From an uncultured archaeon (lineage in GTDB: Archaea; Asgardarchaeota; Thorarchaeia; Thorarchaeales; Thorarchaeaceae): a stretch of 32,000 nt of DNA. The number at the start of each line of letters is the position of its first letter. Position 1 is the stretch's first letter. This document shows, in pieces, positions 25,733 through 32,000 of the stretch. Below the pieces are notes generated by a model. It ran no database searches. It was not told the DNA's origin and saw nothing but the letters and a program-made list of their open reading frames with translations. A program made the position numbers and the translations under genes. The DNA lies in the NCBI GenBank assembly GCA_964648855.1, contig CAZYLT010000004.1, positions 169,532 to 201,531 on the forward strand. The letters are read 5' to 3'.

Positions 25733-26539
25733 ATGAAAGATGTAATCATTCCCCGAATAGGATTAGGCACTTGGCAGAACACCAATCCCGAGCAGTGTGC
25801 TACAAGCGTAAACGCCGCCCTAGAATTGGGCTACCGTCATATTGACACTGCTCAGATGTACAAGAATGAAGAGTACGTCGGAAATGGAGTCAAGCAGTCG
25901 GATGTTCCAAGAGAAGACATTTTTCTAGCTACAAAGATATGGATTGATCGACTTGATTATGAAGGAATCAAGCAGAGTACAGAGAGAAGTTTGAAGCGGC
26001 TGCAGACTGACTATATTGATCTATTGTATGTCCACTGGCCTGCAGGGAAATACGATGCGGAAGAGACCATGAAGGGTTTTAATCAGCTGGTGGACGAGGG
26101 GAAGATAAGACACATTGGAGTCAGCAACTTCACCCCCAATCTATTGGAGGAAGCGCTAGAGATTTCTGAAAAACCGCTTATTGCCAACCAGGTGGAAACC
26201 CACCCACTCAACCAGCAAACGAAGTTGCACAAATTTCTCCTAAAACATGAAATGACTTTGGTAGCATATTCTCCTCTTGCCAGAGGAAAAGTGATGGAGA
26301 TACCAGTACTGACAGAGATAGCGAAGAAGCACGATGCAAGTGAAACTCAAGTGGCTCTTGCCTGGCTGTGGAGCCACAAAGACATGGCGGCCATTCCCAA
26401 GGCAACCAGCAAGGCACACATTGAAGAGAATCTTGAAGCGGTATCTTTGGAATTGAATTCGGAAGATATAGGGAGAATCAATGCACTTGACAGAAACGAG
26501 CGACTTGTCGATCCTGCATTCTCACCAGACTGGGATTAA
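25733..26539 (+). CDS. Aldo/keto reductase (2,5-diketo-D-gluconate reductase-like)
   Basis: IGLGTW, GYRHIDTAQMYKNE, DYIDLLYVHWP, IGVSNF, AYSPLARG and IPKA motifs. Confidence 0.95.
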   Translation: MKDVIIPRIGLGTWQNTNPEQCATSVNAALELGYRHIDTAQMYKNEEYVGNGVKQSDVPREDIFLATKIWIDRLDYEGIKQSTERSLKRLQTDYIDLLYVHWPAGKYDAEETMKGFNQLVDEGKIRHIGVSNFTPNLLEEALEISEKPLIANQVETHPLNQQTKLHKFLLKHEMTLVAYSPLARGKVMEIPVLTEIAKKHDASETQVALAWLWSHKDMAAIPKATSKAHIEENLEAVSLELNSEDIGRINALDRNERLVDPAFSPDWD

Positions 26540-26642
26540 TTCGCAAGTCGCTAACTCTTCTCTATATGAGTGGGAACTAGCTTACCAAATGGAAACCATC
26601 TAATTTATTATAGTTAACTACATAGCAGTCATAGGTGCTATA

Positions 26643-27833
26643 ATGAAAGCTGTTGAAGTTGTTGACGATGTCTATTGGGTCGGAGCAATCGACTATAATG
26701 TACGGAATTTTCATGGATTTAGCTACACAACAAAACATGGAACAACATACAATGCCTATCTTGTGATTGGTGAGAAGATTGCTCTTGTGGATGCAGTTTT
26801 TGGCCCCTTTGCAGAGGAGATGTTTGACAGGATATCCCAAGTAATGGACATATCAGATATCGACTACATGATTGCAAATCATGCTGAAATGGACCACTCG
26901 GGGGCTGTTCCCGAAGTCCTAGAGAGAGTACCGAATGCTAAGCTTGTTTGTAGTAAACGCGCTGTGGACGCTCTAAAGAAACATTATCCAGATGGTTGGG
27001 ACATCAAAGTTGTTGGAACGGGTGACGAGATTGATCTGGGGGGGAAGACCCTTCGGTTCTATGAAGCTCCTATGCTACACTGGCCTGAGAGCATGTTCAC
27101 ATACTATGTGGAAGAACAAGTTCTGATGCCCAATGATGCATTTGGTCAACACTATGCAACTGGGAAACGATTTGCCGATGAAGTCGATGAATATGTTCTA
27201 TGGAAAGAGGCCGAGAAATACTACGCTAATATACTGTGGCCGTTAAGCAGGCAGGTTGAGAGAAAAATAGAGGAAGTCCTAGAGCTTGGCTTGCCAATCA
27301 AGATAATCGCCCCGTCACATGGAGTCATCTGGCGAAAAGACCCTCTCAAGATAGTCAAGAAGTACCTGGCGTGGGCGAGGGGCGAAGATGTAGAGGATAG
27401 AGTGATTATTGCTTGGGACACTATGTGGCAGAGCACAACAAAGATGGCTCGTGCTATAGCAGAGGGGATAGAATCTGAGGGGTTGATTCCCATTCTTCAT
27501 CTCATCCCGACAAGTGACAGAAGTGACATCATGGCCGAGCTGCTCAAGGCTAAGGGTCTTCTTGTTGGTAGTTCAACACTTCATAACGAGGCTCTTCCCA
27601 CGATTGCTGCTGTTCTCTCAGACCTTGAGGTTCTGAAACCGAAGGGAAAGAAAGGTGCTGCCTTTGGGTCCTATGGATGGGGCGGTGGGGCAGTTGAAAA
27701 GATTCAACATGCCATGGAAAACGGGGGCATGGATGTAATAATGGAGCCATTCACTGCAAAATGGGTTCCATCATCCGAGGAATTACAGGCGGCTTATGCC
27801 TTTGGTAAGGAGTTTGCCGAGAAAGCCAAATGA
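26643..27833 (+). CDS. fprA: Flavodiiron protein (FprA / A-type flavoprotein)
   Basis: GTTYNAYL, NHAEMDHSG, LHWPESM, NDAFGQH and IAPSHG (metallo-beta-lactamase diiron domain); TMWQST and FGSYGWGGGA (flavodoxin domain). Confidence 0.95.
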   Translation: MKAVEVVDDVYWVGAIDYNVRNFHGFSYTTKHGTTYNAYLVIGEKIALVDAVFGPFAEEMFDRISQVMDISDIDYMIANHAEMDHSGAVPEVLERVPNAKLVCSKRAVDALKKHYPDGWDIKVVGTGDEIDLGGKTLRFYEAPMLHWPESMFTYYVEEQVLMPNDAFGQHYATGKRFADEVDEYVLWKEAEKYYANILWPLSRQVERKIEEVLELGLPIKIIAPSHGVIWRKDPLKIVKKYLAWARGEDVEDRVIIAWDTMWQSTTKMARAIAEGIESEGLIPILHLIPTSDRSDIMAELLKAKGLLVGSSTLHNEALPTIAAVLSDLEVLKPKGKKGAAFGSYGWGGGAVEKIQHAMENGGMDVIMEPFTAKWVPSSEELQAAYAFGKEFAEKAK

Positions 27834-27840
27834 CTGCATT

Positions 27841-28776
27841 TCATGCCTTGTATACAACCCATAGCAGTAGAAGAATACTCGTGAAAATTCCAATCGCATA
27901 TGAGGAATCGAGAAACAGAATGAGGCTGGATGTATCTAAAAAGAAGTATACATAGGTACTGATTACGACAACCGCGGAAACCATTGTCACCAGTATTGCA
28001 CGTTCAAATCGCGTGAGGGGTTGGTGATGTAGCGAAAACGTTCTAAGCCATAATGCAAAACCAATCCCTGCAATGGGCGGGATCATCAAGAGGACTATGC
28101 ACATTGGAAATAGAAGAAGCCCGCTGAGCTTGAGACGTATCTCTTCAATATCCGATTGATAGTTGTCAAATTCATCGGCATAAACCTCGCCGAAGTTCCC
28201 ATGCACTCTTAATTGATAGCCCTTCCAAATAGAATGCCGAACATCACTTAGTCGATCCCGAACACTGTAAATAATTCCTAGTGCATCAAACCTTGGCTCG
28301 TATTTACCTATGAATGCAGGACCTAGATAAATGAAATATACCAGCGACCAGATACCAAACAGGGAAACAACAATCTCAATCAAACTAAGAGAACTTGAGA
28401 AGAATATGGCTGTCACAAGCTTGTAGAATCCGTAGATTGCGATGGCCAAAATAGGTAAGACCAACAAAGCCTTTACTCTATTAGCCGTATCTTCATTATT
28501 TCTCATAGCATTGGAGAAGAATCGGAATACAAAGGAAGCCGCAGACGCATAAGTCAGCATAATTCCCAGACCGCTCATGAACTTCATGATCACTCCAGAA
28601 ACTGCGGCCAATAACAAAATAAAATTGGCATCAAGCAAGAGACTGATTTGGAAATCATGCACGTATAATATTCCAACCAAAGCGACAGTGCCCAGAACAA
28701 ATGCTATCCCATATAATTTGCGCAGATTGTATGCCATGCTTTCCAATAAACGGCTCATCTTGTATTCTCCATTCAA
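27841..28776 (-). CDS. Hypothetical multi-pass membrane protein
   Basis: 311-aa ORF with about 7-8 hydrophobic segments. Confidence 0.75.
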   Translation of the reverse strand: MNGEYKMSRLLESMAYNLRKLYGIAFVLGTVALVGILYVHDFQISLLLDANFILLLAAVSGVIMKFMSGLGIMLTYASAASFVFRFFSNAMRNNEDTANRVKALLVLPILAIAIYGFYKLVTAIFFSSSLSLIEIVVSLFGIWSLVYFIYLGPAFIGKYEPRFDALGIIYSVRDRLSDVRHSIWKGYQLRVHGNFGEVYADEFDNYQSDIEEIRLKLSGLLLFPMCIVLLMIPPIAGIGFALWLRTFSLHHQPLTRFERAILVTMVSAVVVISTYVYFFLDTSSLILFLDSSYAIGIFTSILLLLWVVYKA

Positions 28777-28806
28777 ACTAATAGAAGAGTCTGTTTTGGT
28801 CCAGAG

Positions 28807-29175
28807 TTATACAAGCTCCTCTGCATCGGATTTCCATGGGGGATATACGATACATAGAAACTCTAGCTTCTTCTCCCCTGTATTTTCTATATGTTGTGTT
28901 GCCATGGGAGGAATATAGATGGCGTCCCCCTCTCTTACCTCCTCCACCTCGTCATCAATATGCATGAGCCCTCGTCCATTCGTGATATAGTAGACCTCAG
29001 AAGCTGTCCTGAAGCGATGTGGCAAAGATTTCTCTCCTGGTTCTAGCATTGCTAACGCCAAGCTGTAATCGAGTGTCAATTTTTCATCACCATGATTCGG
29101 ATTAAGAAACTCGATTACCCTCGTTTCATCAAGAGCAGTCATCTCATCTTGATCTGCCCGTCTTTGGATTATCAC
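28807..29175 (-). CDS. Cupin-domain protein
   Basis: LEPGEKSLPH...EVYYITNGRG...GDAIYIPP...HIENTG cupin motifs. Confidence 0.9.
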   Translation of the reverse strand: MIIQRRADQDEMTALDETRVIEFLNPNHGDEKLTLDYSLALAMLEPGEKSLPHRFRTASEVYYITNGRGLMHIDDEVEEVREGDAIYIPPMATQHIENTGEKKLEFLCIVYPPWKSDAEELV

Positions 29176-29242
29176 CTAGCAAGCACCTATTCTTCATCAG
29201 AGAGGTTTCTGATAAAGATGTCTGGTGACTTGGAACAAGCGA

Positions 29243-30301
29243 CTATTCCCTATCATCGGCCAAACCCTGTTGTACATTCTTGTTTTGATTTTGTGACTTC
29301 CACATCCAATATGCTGGTAAGAACAGTGCAAACACTGCGAGGTTCAAGACGGTGAAGCTCGTGATGCCAAACTGAACAATATTGCCAAATCCACTTGCAG
29401 CCGCAAGAAGCCTATTGACTTGTGAACCAACTCGTGCTAGAATTACAAGTAGGATTACAGTTATTGCTGCCATGGGTCGCAAATCCATTTCTTCATGTAC
29501 CTTTGCTGTGGTTGTCGAAAGACCGTATATCAAGAGCACAGATTGTATGATGAGGTCTGCCAACGTCCATTCAGGGTTATTGAGGTTAATCAGCCGCAGT
29601 GTGTAATAGATACCAAATACAAAGACAACTAGCATCATGAAGCTGGTAAAATCAGGCCCTCTCTGCCTGTTGCGAAGGACGATGGTTAGAATCGGAAGTA
29701 GAACCATGCCCAAGGGAAACATGAGAAGAACGATTTGCTGTTCAAAACCAAGTGTACCCAGATTGAGATACATGTAGACTCCACCAAAAACAATGATATT
29801 CACCATCAGGAACAAGAGGAACAACGCCCATCTGAGGGAATTTCTGTGTAGGAAACGAGAAGAAACGCTCTTTGATAGATTCCAGCCTAAGAGAATAGCA
29901 AAGTACGCGGTTATGGATGCATCACCAAAAGCTAATACTGCACCAACTATAGGCCCTGCTGCGGCAGACAGCCCTCCTAAAGCCATGAAGATGACTATGA
30001 ACGCAATACTGAGGCCAATTTGATTTCGAAGTGAATGATCCCCCTCAAAAAACAGCTCTCTTCCGTGCTTAATTAGTGAAAGTACCACCAAAGTCATGAC
30101 ATAGTACTGGAACGAAACTACTACTGAGATAGCAAGTCCTTGGAACGGATCTGTTAGGTTCGGAGTCAGCGAACCAAAAATCAACAACCACCCTGATATG
30201 ATTCCAGTGGATACCAACGCTAAAATGAAACTGAAGTTATACCACGAGTTTGTAAGCAATATCTTGAAACCTTTAATGAACCTCATTCTTAACACGACCA
30301 T
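29243..30301 (-). CDS. Hypothetical multi-pass membrane protein
   Basis: 352-aa ORF with about 10 hydrophobic segments. Confidence 0.75.
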   Translation of the reverse strand: MVVLRMRFIKGFKILLTNSWYNFSFILALVSTGIISGWLLIFGSLTPNLTDPFQGLAISVVVSFQYYVMTLVVLSLIKHGRELFFEGDHSLRNQIGLSIAFIVIFMALGGLSAAAGPIVGAVLAFGDASITAYFAILLGWNLSKSVSSRFLHRNSLRWALFLLFLMVNIIVFGGVYMYLNLGTLGFEQQIVLLMFPLGMVLLPILTIVLRNRQRGPDFTSFMMLVVFVFGIYYTLRLINLNNPEWTLADLIIQSVLLIYGLSTTTAKVHEEMDLRPMAAITVILLVILARVGSQVNRLLAAASGFGNIVQFGITSFTVLNLAVFALFLPAYWMWKSQNQNKNVQQGLADDRE

Positions 30302-30560
30302 TTCTTCGAAGGAACTGAAGGTAGTTCTCCGGTCGAAACGTAACGGAGTAATAATGTTGTCCGGGATGTATTCGAATTGATAGACACCAAAAGGGAATTA
30401 CAGGCTCCGTTTCGATAGCTTGCTGAATAAACTAAACTCAAGTTATGGATATCTTTGGTCACTAGGCAAGTTTTAAAAACAGACTCCCACTTGGCGGCTG
30501 TTGTAGTAGTATGAATAGCCCAGTCTAAAGGCCGTTCGTTACAATGAAAAGGTGTTGTAA

Positions 30561-31568
30561 ATGGCACACAGAAAGAAGCATGCACCAAAACGTGGCAGTC
30601 TAGCTTTCTTGCCACGTGGCAGGGCTCCCAAATTTGTGCCTCGCATCAAGAACTGGCCTGAGTATGACGACTCGGCTGCAAAACTACTTGGATTCGTCGG
30701 TTACAAGGCCGGCATGACACATGCAGTAGCGACTGTTAACAATCCCGATAGTCCATTCAAGGGGCAGGAAACTGTTATTCCAGTAACAGTGATTGATACT
30801 CCCCCTGTACGGCCTTTCTCAATCCGGGGTTATGAAAGAACTCCATACGGGTTGAAACTAGTAACAGAGGTACTGGCAGAGGATCTATCAGAAGATCTTC
30901 GCAGAGCTATGCCTTTGCCCAAGGAACATGACCGTGAAGCCAAGTTAGAAGAGCTCGAAGAAAGAATCGACTCAATTGCCGAGATTCGAATGCTGATACA
31001 TACTCAGCCACGACTTGCCGGGGTACCAAAGAAGAGACCCGATATTATGGAATACAAGATTGGCGCTCCTACAGTACAGGATGCCCTCGAATACGCAAAA
31101 GAAATACTTGGAACAGATGTCCGAGTTGCAGATATTTTTGAAGAGGGTATGCTCGTAGACTCAATAGCAGTTACAAAGGGTCACGGTTTCCAAGGCACTG
31201 TACGCAGATGGGGTGTCAGAATTCTTCAACATAAGTCGCGAAAGACTAAGCGTGGAATTGGATGCTTAGGCCCATGGTCTCCAACCAACATCAGATATAC
31301 TGTACCTCAACCAGGTCAAACTGGTTTCCATTCTCGTACCAACTTCAACAATGCTATTGTGAAGCTGGGAGAACGTGGAGAAGAGATTACACCTGATGGT
31401 GGTTTCGTAAACTTTGGAGTCATTCGTGGTGACTATGTGATGGTAAAGGGATCAGTCCCCGGACCGGTCAAGAGGCCGGTCAGACTCCGTTATCCAATAC
31501 GTCCTACTAAAGGGCATGAAGTCAAGCCATTAACTGTGAGCTACATCAGTACCACATCAAAGCAGTAG
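30561..31568 (+). CDS. rpl3: 50S ribosomal protein L3 (uL3), archaeal type
   Basis: HAPKRGSLAFLPRGRA, GYKAGMTH, AVTKGHGFQG.VRRWG, GGFVNFG and KGSVPGP motifs. Confidence 0.98.
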   Translation: MAHRKKHAPKRGSLAFLPRGRAPKFVPRIKNWPEYDDSAAKLLGFVGYKAGMTHAVATVNNPDSPFKGQETVIPVTVIDTPPVRPFSIRGYERTPYGLKLVTEVLAEDLSEDLRRAMPLPKEHDREAKLEELEERIDSIAEIRMLIHTQPRLAGVPKKRPDIMEYKIGAPTVQDALEYAKEILGTDVRVADIFEEGMLVDSIAVTKGHGFQGTVRRWGVRILQHKSRKTKRGIGCLGPWSPTNIRYTVPQPGQTGFHSRTNFNNAIVKLGERGEEITPDGGFVNFGVIRGDYVMVKGSVPGPVKRPVRLRYPIRPTKGHEVKPLTVSYISTTSKQ

Positions 31569-31584
31569 GTGGAGTTGAGAATCG

Positions 31585-32000
31585 ATGGCAACTGTAAAAA
31601 CATATTCACTAAAGGGTAAGGCAGGTTCCAAGCTAGATTTACCACCCCAGTTTGAAACTCCTTATCGTCCAGATGTAATCAAGAGAGCAGTCTTAGCCCT
31701 CCGGTCCCGTAGGTATCAACCTCATGGCGTTGATGTCCGAGCCGGTAAGAAGACAACTGCTGAAAGCTGGGGTGTTGGTCATGGTCGTTCACGAATTCCG
31801 CGTGTAAAGGGCGGAGGAACTCCTGCAGCAAACAAGGCAGGACTTGCCCCTAGCACCGTTGGCGGCCGACAAGCACATCCTCCTGAAGCCAGAAAATCTC
31901 TTGTTGAACGAATTAACAAAAAGGAAAATCGTTTGGCTATCCGTTCCGCAATTGCAGCAACAGCAAATCCAGAGCGCGTTAGTTCTCGAGGTCATGTGAT
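31585..32000 (+). CDS. rpl4: 50S ribosomal protein L4 (uL4), archaeal type, partial (runs off window end)
   Basis: Manual translation MATVKTYSLKGKAGSKLDLPPQFETPYRPDVIKRAV...TTAESWGVGHGRSRIPRV...VGGRQAHPP...RINKKE...SAIAATA...RGHV. Confidence 0.96.
   Translation, partial: MATVKTYSLKGKAGSKLDLPPQFETPYRPDVIKRAVLALRSRRYQPHGVDVRAGKKTTAESWGVGHGRSRIPRVKGGGTPAANKAGLAPSTVGGRQAHPPEARKSLVERINKKENRLAIRSAIAATANPERVSSRGHV

Noticed and set aside
31566-31568. Genome-wide TAG recoding
   Set aside because: rpl3 and several other intact genes end at TAG at their expected C-termini.

Overview
Archaeal chromosomal window. It has archaeal-type rpl3/rpl4, mvhD and TATA/BRE promoters; an Asgard/Thorarchaeia-like origin is plausible but only inferred. 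Housekeeping flanks (HD hydrolase, FTR1 iron permease and AlkD-like protein on the left; aldo/keto reductase, FprA, cupin, rpl3 and rpl4 on the right) surround a ~19 kb accessory region (~3.2-22.1 kb) with three notable parts. (1) An array of three co-oriented mvhD copies: one full-length and two 372-bp 3' fragments cut at the same codon and heavily recoded at synonymous sites. They separate defence-like cargo blocks (PIN/RHH toxin-antitoxin + GNAT; AbiV + HTH proteins + deaminase), and no integrase is visible. (2) A solo TnpB-family nuclease with a Fanzor-type rearranged RuvC site and a long structured 3' RNA region, transcribed divergently from a 1829-aa PD-(D/E)XK nuclease/degenerate-ATPase protein. 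A 74-bp structured piece of the TnpB 3' region is repeated 11.7 kb away. (3) A cluster of five paralogous winged-helix-like proteins with NDT/TIR-like and HEPN genes. Outside the island is an unassigned ~226-nt structured ncRNA candidate (24471-24696). All family calls come from motif recognition by eye, not database searches.
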